Assembly: GCA_937916075.1 (NCBI GenBank)
Contig: CALGHW010000009.1
Location: forward strand, 1-37,308
Length of the DNA: 37,308 nt
Source: an uncultured Prevotella sp.
Lineage (GTDB): Bacteria > Bacteroidota > Bacteroidia > Bacteroidales > Bacteroidaceae
Direction of reading: 5' to 3'
Positions 18,701 to 26,071 of this stretch are shown in pieces. A program made the translations under genes and the position numbers. Each line of letters begins with the position of its first letter. Position 1 is the stretch's first letter. The notes beneath the pieces were generated by a model. It made no database searches. It saw only the letters and a list, made by a program, of their open reading frames with translations, and was not told where the DNA came from.

Positions 18701-20892
18701 AGGACATTGCCCTCCACAGCCACGGCAACGGACTGTATGTCTACAACTATGCGGGCAACTCCACTGCACAGGAGACAGGACTGAGCGGCATCAGCTTCCC
18801 TCCCAGCGCAAGCAGCACACAGGCCATCGCCGTGCGTCACAGTAAATACCAGATAGCCCTGCTGGCCACAAATGCCGGCAAGTTTACCATCCCTGCCTCT
18901 CTCCAGGTGACCTCTGCGCAGACAGGATCTTTTGACGCCAACAACCAATGGAAGAAAGGATTTGACCTGAACATCAACAACAACACCGTGACTCTGACTG
19001 ATGCCACTTGTGTGCTCCTCACACTGAAAGGAAACGAGGAAGAGAAAGACGAGCTCGTGGTCAACGGTGAGTTCAACGAGGGTACCAGCGGATGGACCAA
19101 CACCACCAACGCCTCTACCTATAAAGTAAGCACGGCAGCCAAAGGCGACGGGTCGGTCATCTGGGCCGACGGAGGACATCTCCAGTTGTGGAGCGGCGGC
19201 AGTATTACAGGAAAGGTGTTCCAAAACATTACCGTGCCCAACGGTAAGTACACGCTGACCGCAGGCTGCTTTGCCACTTTCGGCGGAACGGTGTATCTTT
19301 ATGCCAACAATGAGAAGGTAGCCATCGAAAACAACAAAAACGCATACTATAAAGTAGTGGTCAACGTGACCGACGGCAACCTTCAGATAGGACTGGATAT
19401 CAACACTTCCGGAGGCAGCACGGATATAGAATGGGACCACGTCGTGGTCACTCCCGGCGATGCTGACACGCCTCAGCCCACCAAAAAACGCAAGGTGTTC
19501 ACCATCGGAGACTCCACCATGGCCAACAAGACCAGCAAGACGGAGCGTGGCTGGGGCATGCTCTTCCCCGACTTTGTCAATGCGGACAGCGTCGTGGTCA
19601 CCAATGCAGCCATGGACGGACGAAGCACATTGAGCTTCATCAACGAAGGACGCTGGACTACCGTGGTCAACCAACTGGAGAAGGGTGACATCGTCATGAT
19701 GCAGTTCGGCCACAACGACGAGAAAACCGACAACTCACTCCATACCGACCCGCAGACCACCTATAAAGCAAACCTCAAACGCTTTATCACCGAGGCTCGC
19801 GCCAAGGGAGCCGAGGCAGTGCTCCTCACACCGATTGTACGCCGTATCTTCGGCAGCGACGGCAATATCTACGACGAGCACACTGCGTATGCCGAAGCGG
19901 TAAGAGAACTGGCCACGGAACTGGATGTTCCCCTGATCGACATGAATGTCTACAGCAACCAGTATGAGAACATCGCCGGCATCGTGGGCAGTCGCAAACT
20001 GCATGAATACTTCCCCGGCACGGAGATTGACAATACCCACCTCTGCGAGTTGGGCGCTTATATCACGGCCCGCTGTGTGGCGGAGGAAATAGCCAAGAAC
20101 AAAAACATAGCCATCGCCCTCAACAAGAGTCCCAAAGCGCTGGAAGGTGCCTATACCCCCACGCTCGACTATGTGAAGCATGCTTTCCTGGAGAATTATC
20201 CCAATGAGGAGGTACCTGCCACACTCGAAGCCATCGACACCAAGACACGCCAACTGCGCCACGACGCGCGTCTGGCCCTTGAAACGGCAGCCGACAACAC
20301 TGACGCGACTTTCGCACTGGTCAATCCCGACTTTGAGGAAGGACTCTGCTGGTATAACGCCGTTCAGGCTACCCGCCCCATGGGATGGCAAGTGGACAAG
20401 AACACCAGCGGACAGGAAAACATCGTGGTGAAAACCGCCGACGGTGTCACTTACTTCATCGTGTGGGCCTCTACCATGAACTACATAGATATGTACCAAA
20501 CCGTCAGCGGCTTAGGCAACGGAACCTATGAGGTAACAGCAAAGGTCAAGGCCAGCAAGGGCAATGCCAATGGAGGAACATGGCTCTATGCCAACACCAC
20601 AGCCGGAAACAACAAGACTGTGGCCACCCAAACGGAAACATGGACCCCGATGAGCGTGAAATGTAACGTCAACGACGGAACACTCCGCCTGGGACTCCGC
20701 TCAGAAAGCGGATGGTATGCGAGACTGGCCGACGTACACCTCACCAAGGTTGACGGAAGCAACGGCATAGAAACTGTTACAAGCAACCTCCCGGAACATC
20801 AGGACATCTACAATCTTCAAGGCTGTAAGGTCAATAATATGAACGCCAAGGGCATCTATATCATAGGCCATCGGAAAGTTATCAAGAAGTAG
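15796..20892 (+). CDS. Large secreted multidomain carbohydrate-active protein: CBM-like domains, clan GH-A-like (GH35/GH42/DUF4978-like) barrel, CE12-like SGNH acetylesterase, T9SS tail
   Basis: Signal peptide; repeated N(G/P)xF(E/D) CBM-like starts; GFNTLSVPLFWSEVEPEKNHFDW and GVQLGNE (GH-A acid/base); FTIGDSTMA/GWG/GRST/QFGHND/DNTHL (rhamnogalacturonan acetylesterase type); IYNLQG...KGIYIIGHRKVIKK. Confidence 0.85.
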   Translation: MKTNLKLRLWSTAILSLIWSWIYAASVTLPNFKTTDDLVGKTISNLTGFTQTTGDFTLEAKAKAGVPIKLLFGHISYTPTADGLVRLVQKDGQVYVFENNAYITTLTPEYIYQEQGGNLMRNGSFETVTDQLTSGRWKAADWETWDGGTPTWGGDAGYVNVRENANYCSDGKKSIILHSRSRWLCQQLTDGALEADGVYQLSCDYWTSEGAGNGNGTYKFWLGSSLAGNDLMEIDGYTTLEGKYTKQSFKTLFQAPSSLTPSLFFSFYRAESKVDWLDNVKLVKVIPDQAGLEGTSSAIYTTGAYAPRSMSLPEGASIDMTPNISNPNFDNGTITKNAPTGWTFDGNVTTSKISTGAKGNGLIPADQNHWQLWQEGGTLKGRAYQTINNLPNGRYAVSADICTSGFSGNVNLYANYGTQALATNTAKRYTATGIVVDGTLEIGISLNISGSVTVDFDNFTLQYLGMDTEGYHEILQLKIKEAEAILTNLSDGYDPASINQAIAKAKAIDDKAKADDIIAAIAAIDKALDDYQAYVEKCAAERKNKEDFKALVEAAKNERANETYPGTADFDKAIAEAEAFLAQMETDPTISTTTATDALNAAREAYYNSQYPIQPVKQVVSTVDLSLNGSEKYTLRVDGKAFYPTAIQVRGDKLRGYLGWNETEIEAAFKRAADDGFNTLSVPLFWSEVEPEKNHFDWHLLDRYLGWCKKYGVKMEILWFSWSSGGRVQYLWNYNGKQTLRTPDYVCSKDGKSEFNMLRDSWEYSLDWRDTNLRSRDTYVLGKVMEHVALWDANNDQPHTVVGVQLGNEARAHGGNSATAAEIIDYYHHVGSAVKDSKYVTWTRLNCVSYETSGRTSANESKRNNGGTNIDFVGIDIYGTNASKVKGNMDGQLGTNGKNFRMIMEIDAKDANSPLYQMAALAGDKAFDYYNLGPVDGNGLYANSGNTLTERSHITLVRQRNKILNMANQDIALHSHGNGLYVYNYAGNSTAQETGLSGISFPPSASSTQAIAVRHSKYQIALLATNAGKFTIPASLQVTSAQTGSFDANNQWKKGFDLNINNNTVTLTDATCVLLTLKGNEEEKDELVVNGEFNEGTSGWTNTTNASTYKVSTAAKGDGSVIWADGGHLQLWSGGSITGKVFQNITVPNGKYTLTAGCFATFGGTVYLYANNEKVAIENNKNAYYKVVVNVTDGNLQIGLDINTSGGSTDIEWDHVVVTPGDADTPQPTKKRKVFTIGDSTMANKTSKTERGWGMLFPDFVNADSVVVTNAAMDGRSTLSFINEGRWTTVVNQLEKGDIVMMQFGHNDEKTDNSLHTDPQTTYKANLKRFITEARAKGAEAVLLTPIVRRIFGSDGNIYDEHTAYAEAVRELATELDVPLIDMNVYSNQYENIAGIVGSRKLHEYFPGTEIDNTHLCELGAYITARCVAEEIAKNKNIAIALNKSPKALEGAYTPTLDYVKHAFLENYPNEEVPATLEAIDTKTRQLRHDARLALETAADNTDATFALVNPDFEEGLCWYNAVQATRPMGWQVDKNTSGQENIVVKTADGVTYFIVWASTMNYIDMYQTVSGLGNGTYEVTAKVKASKGNANGGTWLYANTTAGNNKTVATQTETWTPMSVKCNVNDGTLRLGLRSESGWYARLADVHLTKVDGSNGIETVTSNLPEHQDIYNLQGCKVNNMNAKGIYIIGHRKVIKK

Positions 20893-20956
20893 ACAACGGG
20901 GAAAAGACGTTTTTTGAATTTTAATATGTATCTTTGCATCACTTTTTTTGAAGCGT

Positions 20957-21547
20957 ATGCAAAGATACATTTTTATTAAGATACTTTTTATCATTCTGGC
21001 CGTCTGCACGGCCAGTGAGGGCCAAGGCCAGGAATACAAGCGCTACCACGGCGACGGTATCGACAACGTGCTGGAATATGTGCCCACGGCGGCCGTGTTC
21101 GGCCTCAAGATGTGTGGCGTGAAAAGCGAGAGCACCTGGAGCAAGCGTCTTACCGTATCGGTGGCGTCAATGGCCATCAACGCCGGTGCGACATACGGTC
21201 TGAAGAAGATAGCACGACGCACCCGCCCCGACGGCACCGACAACGAGTCGTTTCCTTCGGGCCACACCGCCATCGCCTTCTGTGGCGCCACCACCCTTTG
21301 GCACGAATACCACAAGGTGAGCCCGTGGATAGGCGTGGCAGGCTTTGCCGTGGCCACCACAGTGGCCGTAGACCGGGTGCGGCGCAACCGCCACCACTGG
21401 GAGGATGTGGCAGCCGGAGCGGGCATCGGCATCTTATCGGCCGAGGCGGGTTATCTGATAGGCAACCTGATTATACCGAAGGAGAAAGAGGACAAGGTAA
21501 ACCTGTCTATCGCTCCCACGGGGATGAATCTCATCGTGAAACTGTAA
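20957..21547 (+). CDS. PAP2 family phosphatase
   Basis: KKIARRTRPDG, SFPSGHT, RVRRNRHHWEDV motifs; -7 box TATCTTTG at 20929-20936. Confidence 0.9.
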   Translation: MQRYIFIKILFIILAVCTASEGQGQEYKRYHGDGIDNVLEYVPTAAVFGLKMCGVKSESTWSKRLTVSVASMAINAGATYGLKKIARRTRPDGTDNESFPSGHTAIAFCGATTLWHEYHKVSPWIGVAGFAVATTVAVDRVRRNRHHWEDVAAGAGIGILSAEAGYLIGNLIIPKEKEDKVNLSIAPTGMNLIVKL

Positions 21548-21556
21548 CCTTACATA

Positions 21557-21723
21557 GAAGAAACAATCATCACAGCCAGTGAGAGACTGAACATATAAGG
21601 AAACTGGCTGTGATGATGCAACAACATAAAAACGCACTACAATAATCGTTACCCTGAAACACACATCGCACTACAAATCAAAATTTACCGTTTATCGCAA
21701 AGAAACTGTCTGTGTCCTCTTTC
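21557..21723 (-). ncRNA. Candidate small RNA divergent from the Crp/Fnr gene
   Basis: Minus-strand TATCTTTG box at 21730-21737, no convincing ORF, two copies of TTGTAGTGCG, and a terminal hairpin with a U-rich tail. Confidence 0.35.
21566..21617. terminator. 15-bp perfect inverted repeat, probable terminator (possibly bidirectional)
   Basis: ATCATCACAGCCAGT / ACTGGCTGTGATGAT with a 22-nt loop; followed by TGTTTCTTC on the minus strand. Confidence 0.6.
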
Positions 21724-21871
21724 CAGTTGCAAAGATAAGGCGTCAGGCTGCGCACATAAGGGCACATTTGTTACCTTTCGCTGATAAAAAACGTTAAGAG
21801 CACAGGTCGCTATCACCTTTTATCACTATATTTGCACACAGGAAATATAGATTAAGAGAAAGGATAAGCTT

Positions 21872-22540
21872 ATGGACGATAGCATCTTAGAAGCGTTAGG
21901 CGTGTGTCCGCTGTTTAACGGAATGACCACAGGCGACATCACAGCCGTCATGACAGACATCGCTTACAGAACGACCTACTTGGAAAAAGGCGAGCCGTGT
22001 GTCCTGTCGGGTGAGCGACTCACACACCTGGACATCATCGTGACAGGAGAGATGACGGCCCGAATGATGGGGGCCTCTGGACGCATGGTGGAGGTCATCC
22101 GGTGGCAGCGAGGCGGCATGCTTACACCTGGCTTTATCTTTGCCTCCGACAATACCTTGCCCGTCACCCTGGAGGCCGCAACCGAGGTAAAGCTGCTACG
22201 CCTGTCGGCCGGTGCCTTGGAACGCCTCATCCACGCTGACCTCCGAATCCAGACCAACTATATCCGCCGCCTGTCCGACATCGTTGCCTTCCTCGCGGAG
22301 AGGCTCCGCTTTCTGGCGCTGCTCACCGTGCGCGAAAAAGTGGCTTGCGCCATCATCGCCGAGGCACGGGCGCAGCAGAGCCGGACCATCGTGCTGCGCC
22401 GCTCCCGACAGGCTATCGCCGACAGTTTCGGCATACAGAAATTCTCACTGATGCGCTGTCTGGCCGACTTTGTGGCCAAAGGGGCCATACGGGTGGAGGG
22501 ACGCGCCATCACCATCCTGAACAGCGACAAGATGAAATAA
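21872..22540 (+). CDS. Crp/Fnr family transcriptional regulator (HcpR-like)
   Basis: CPLFNGM start, cNMP-fold region, TVREKVA and HTH SRQAIADSFGIQKFSLMRCL...GAIRVEGRAITIL; -7 box TATATTTG at 21827-21834. Confidence 0.9.
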   Translation: MDDSILEALGVCPLFNGMTTGDITAVMTDIAYRTTYLEKGEPCVLSGERLTHLDIIVTGEMTARMMGASGRMVEVIRWQRGGMLTPGFIFASDNTLPVTLEAATEVKLLRLSAGALERLIHADLRIQTNYIRRLSDIVAFLAERLRFLALLTVREKVACAIIAEARAQQSRTIVLRRSRQAIADSFGIQKFSLMRCLADFVAKGAIRVEGRAITILNSDKMK

Positions 22541-22672
22541 CCGACAGCAGATGAATAACCAGCAACTTAGCAGCTTGGGACAATAGTCATGATTTTTGTA
22601 CGCTTTTACCCTGTACCCGCCACAAGAAACGGGTAACTTTGCACATAAAGAACTAAAAAACCGAATTAAGCG

Positions 22673-23632
22673 ATGAAACGATTACGACACATGCTGTTTC
22701 TGCTCTGGATTTGTGTAAGCCCTATCACCGCACAAACCGCCACTTTCACTTCACAAGACATCAGCGTGGCCCGATACCTGGGCAACCGGAAAGCCGCCGT
22801 GAGCTACACTTTCGACGACGGACTGGAAGAACACTATACCCTGGTGTTTCCACAACTGGAGAAACGGGGATTGAAGGCTTCCTTTTGCATCATCGGCAGC
22901 AAGGTGGGACGCGACCAGAAAGGCACGCCCTGCATGACATGGGACCAGCTTGGAAAAATGGCTGACCACGGACAAGAGATAACCAGTCATGGATGGGGGC
23001 ACCGGAGCGTTGCCGGACTGACGGACGAGGAGTTGCGCCACGAGGTGCAACGCAACGACACCGCAATATACCAGCACACGGGAATATTCCCGCGCACCTA
23101 CTTCTATCCCGGCAACCGCAAGACCGACAGTGCCGTGGCCTTTTGCAGCCAAAACCGGGTGGGCACACGCACCCGGCAAATCAGTATAGGGTCAAAACGT
23201 GACACCACCTGGTTGCGCCACTGGATAGCCGACCTGCTGGAGAGCGGCGAATGGGGAGTGGGCATGACCCCCGGCATCACCCGGGGCTACGACGCCTTCC
23301 GGGATCCACAAACCCTCTGGAGCCATCTGGACTATGTGGTAACCTTACAAGACCGACTGTGGATAGGCCGTTTCTGCGACGTGGCGGCTTATATCAAGGA
23401 GCGTGACAGCACAAAACTGAAAATCCGGACGGGCCGACGCCATACCGTCATCCAGCCTTCCTGCCCGCTCGACAAACGAATCTTCACCATGCCACTCACC
23501 TTGACCGTCCGCACCGGCAACCAATTACAGGCCGTACAGGATGGCCACCAACTGACGGTCAGTCAAAAGGGAGGACTGTCCGTATTCAACTTCAATCCCT
23601 TTGGAGGGGCTATCCGCATCAGCCTGCGCTGA
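22673..23632 (+). CDS. Secreted polysaccharide deacetylase (NodB/CE4 fold)
   Basis: Signal peptide; SYTFDDG, EITSHGWGH, TYFYPG; -7 box TAACTTTG at 22634-22641. Confidence 0.88.
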   Translation: MKRLRHMLFLLWICVSPITAQTATFTSQDISVARYLGNRKAAVSYTFDDGLEEHYTLVFPQLEKRGLKASFCIIGSKVGRDQKGTPCMTWDQLGKMADHGQEITSHGWGHRSVAGLTDEELRHEVQRNDTAIYQHTGIFPRTYFYPGNRKTDSAVAFCSQNRVGTRTRQISIGSKRDTTWLRHWIADLLESGEWGVGMTPGITRGYDAFRDPQTLWSHLDYVVTLQDRLWIGRFCDVAAYIKERDSTKLKIRTGRRHTVIQPSCPLDKRIFTMPLTLTVRTGNQLQAVQDGHQLTVSQKGGLSVFNFNPFGGAIRISLR

Positions 23633-23657
23633 CCGTCACAGTGGAGTAGGGTGGCCG

Positions 23658-24290
23658 TCATTTCTTCCGGATAAGTGTCAGTCCGTCGCGTAGCGGCAGG
23701 ATAACACACTCCACCCGCTCATCGCGGGCCACATAGTCATTGAAAGTCTCGATACCCTGAGTCTGGCTGTCTTTGTCGTAAGCATGGTCCACCACATGGC
23801 CGTCCCACAAGGTGTTGTCGGCCAAGATAAACCCGCCTGGGCGCACCGTGCGCAGAGCCATCTCGTAAGTCTCGGCATAGGTACGCTTGTCGCCATCAAT
23901 AAAAGCCATGTCAAACGTGATCCCCAGCCGGGGCGCCTCCGTGATGGCATCGCCGATGATAAACGCTATCCTGTCGGCCACCGGGGAGCCTTCTATCCAG
24001 GGACGGGTAAAGTCCTCCTGCTCGTCATTGATTTCAAAGGTATACACCTTGCCGCCTTCCTCCAGCCCTTCGGCCATACATATGGCGCTGTAACCACTGA
24101 ACGTACCCACCTCTAAAATGTTCTTCGGACGTATCATCCTCACCAGCATCTTCAGCAGCCGCCCCTGCAGATGGCCGCTGGCCATACGGCCGCGCAGCAA
24201 GTGGATGTTGGTGGCCCGATACAGGCGATACAAGTAGTCACCCTCTGGCTCTATGTGGTCGAGGATGTATTGTTCGAGCAGACTATCCAT
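23658..24290 (-). CDS. SAM-dependent O-methyltransferase (Methyltransf_3, YrrM/TrmR/COMT-like)
   Basis: ILEVGTFSGYS, FDMAFIDGDK, GGFILADNTLW, LPLRDGL. Confidence 0.92.
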   Translation of the reverse strand: MDSLLEQYILDHIEPEGDYLYRLYRATNIHLLRGRMASGHLQGRLLKMLVRMIRPKNILEVGTFSGYSAICMAEGLEEGGKVYTFEINDEQEDFTRPWIEGSPVADRIAFIIGDAITEAPRLGITFDMAFIDGDKRTYAETYEMALRTVRPGGFILADNTLWDGHVVDHAYDKDSQTQGIETFNDYVARDERVECVILPLRDGLTLIRKK

Positions 24291-24714
24291 TGTTCTTGTG
24301 ATGTATCAGTCCCTCAACGGCCAGGCGGTAGGAGTCCAGTCCGAAACCGCAGATGACCCCCAGACAAGCACAGGAGATATAGGAGTGGTGACGAAACTCC
24401 TCACGCTGGTGGACATTTGATATATGTACCTCTATTACCGGGCAGCGCAATGAGCGGATACAATCCTGCAAGGCGATGCTGGTATGCGTATAAGCCCCCG
24501 CATTGAGCACCACGCCATCGTAACCGAAGCCCACTTCCTGGAGCTTGTTGATAAGCTCACCCTCTATATTGCTCTGATAATAACTTATCTCCACGTCGGG
24601 ATAGGCCGCCCGCAACTGGGGCAGATAGGTCTCAAACGAACTGCTGCCATAGATACCAGGCTCCCTGACACCGAGCAGGTTCAGGTTGGGGCCGTTGATG
24701 ATTTGTATTTTCAT
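24283..24714 (-). CDS. aroQ: Type II 3-dehydroquinate dehydratase
   Basis: INGPNLNLLGVREPGIYG, QSNIEGELI, LNAGAYTHTS, IEVHISN, REEFRHHS. Start placed at MKIQII; ATG 24735 is an alternative. Confidence 0.96.
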   Translation of the reverse strand: MKIQIINGPNLNLLGVREPGIYGSSSFETYLPQLRAAYPDVEISYYQSNIEGELINKLQEVGFGYDGVVLNAGAYTHTSIALQDCIRSLRCPVIEVHISNVHQREEFRHHSYISCACLGVICGFGLDSYRLAVEGLIHHKNNG

Positions 24715-24797
24715 GCTTGTCTTCTTTGCTGTCATGTTGTCTTGTTTATCTTTAGCTTCTTTAACTTCCTTTGCTTTCACAACTTCTGAAAGCGGAT

Positions 24798-24824
24798 TAT
24801 CTTTGTAAAATCTCTGCAAAAATA
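24798..24824. promoter_or_regulatory. Face-to-face -7 boxes for xerD (+) and aroQ (-)
   Basis: Plus-strand TATCTTTG at 24798-24805; minus-strand TATTTTTG at 24817-24824. Confidence 0.6.
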
Positions 24825-24833
24825 CGAAAAAAG

Positions 24834-25799
24834 ATGAACACAGACAAGAATTCGTCTCTGAATATCGTGCGCGGCTACATGCGCTATCTCAAGTTGCAAC
24901 GCAACTTCTCACCCAATACCCTGGAAGCCTACCACCGTGACCTGGACAAGCTCCTCACCTTTGCCGCCGGCGGTGGCCGCCATGTGCTCGACATCCAGTT
25001 GGAGGACCTTCAGGCCTTTGCCGCCGGCCTACACGATATCGGCATCGGCCCTACCTCCCAGTGCCGTATCCTGAGCGGTGTGCGTAGCTTCTTCCGCTAT
25101 CTCCTGATGGACGGCTACCGGGACGACGACCCTACCGAACTGCTCGAATGGCCACAGACGGGCGAGCACCTGCCCACCGTGCTCACAGCCGAGGAGGTGG
25201 ACCAACTGGAGGACTCCATCGACCTGTCGAAACCTGAGGGACACCGCAACAGGGCCATCATCGAAGTGCTCTACTCCTGCGGACTGCGGGTGAGCGAACT
25301 GGTGACCCTGCGCCTGTCGTGTCTCTTCCTTGACGAGCAGTTTTTGCAAGTGTTGGGCAAGGGGTCCAAGGAACGGCTGGTGCCGGTGTCACCCCGCGCC
25401 ATCCGTGAACTGAACAACTGGTTTGTGTGCCGCCAACAATTGAACATCAAGCCTGGCGAGGAGGATTATGTGTTTCTCAACCGCCGCGGAGCCCACCTCA
25501 CGCGCACCATGATTCTCATCATGATTAAGCGTCAGGCCGCCGAAGCCGGCATCGACAAGACCATCAGTCCCCATACCTTACGCCACTCCTTCGCCACCAG
25601 CCTGCTGGAAGGCGGAGCCGACCTCCGGGCCATCCAAGCCATGCTGGGACACGAGGATATCGGCACCACCGAGATATACACCCACCTCAGCACCACCACG
25701 CTGCGCCAGGAAATCCTGGAGCACCATCCGAGAAACATCAAGTGGAACAAGCGCCATACCGACAAGGACACAGCATCCGATACGGATGTTGAGCCATAG
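24834..25799 (+). CDS. xerD: Site-specific tyrosine recombinase XerD
   Basis: SPNTLEAYHRDL N-terminal domain; LYSCGLRVSE, GKGSKER, SPHTLRHSFA, MLGH, TTEIYTH; housekeeping context next to aroQ. Confidence 0.88.
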   Translation: MNTDKNSSLNIVRGYMRYLKLQRNFSPNTLEAYHRDLDKLLTFAAGGGRHVLDIQLEDLQAFAAGLHDIGIGPTSQCRILSGVRSFFRYLLMDGYRDDDPTELLEWPQTGEHLPTVLTAEEVDQLEDSIDLSKPEGHRNRAIIEVLYSCGLRVSELVTLRLSCLFLDEQFLQVLGKGSKERLVPVSPRAIRELNNWFVCRQQLNIKPGEEDYVFLNRRGAHLTRTMILIMIKRQAAEAGIDKTISPHTLRHSFATSLLEGGADLRAIQAMLGHEDIGTTEIYTHLSTTTLRQEILEHHPRNIKWNKRHTDKDTASDTDVEP

Positions 25800-25855
25800 C
25801 TCACGTTCTAATGATGATTTTTTATTACATCTGTTCGCATCAAGAAAATAACGCC

Positions 25856-25933
25856 GCCTGATTACGAAGAGAAAGTTGCCTGATTTCGAGGAGAAACTTG
25901 GCAACTTTCTCTTCGTAATCAGGCAACTTTCTC
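25856..25933. repeat. 22-bp-period repeat cluster that switches orientation and forms a 25-bp perfect inverted repeat
   Basis: CCTGATTACGAAGAGAAAGTTG (25857), CCTGATTTCGAGGAGAAACTTG (25879), then the reverse complement copy at 25900-25924 and a partial copy to 25933. Confidence 0.92.
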
Positions 25934-26071
25934 ATTTAGCCCGCTTCAAATGCTCAGAAGGACTCTTTGAGCAGACATGAAAAATCTTTATATTTTTACA
26001 CTTCCATTTCGCCGCATCCACTACATTCTTCAATATACAGGCAGAAACAACCTCTAACATACTTTTAATTC

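Noticed and set aside
24834..25799. Integrase of a prophage/ICE, or invertase for the nearby inverted repeat
   Set aside because: Sequence and aroQ context fit housekeeping XerD. No att sites or mobility genes were seen, and the IR encloses only 19 bp with no promoter.
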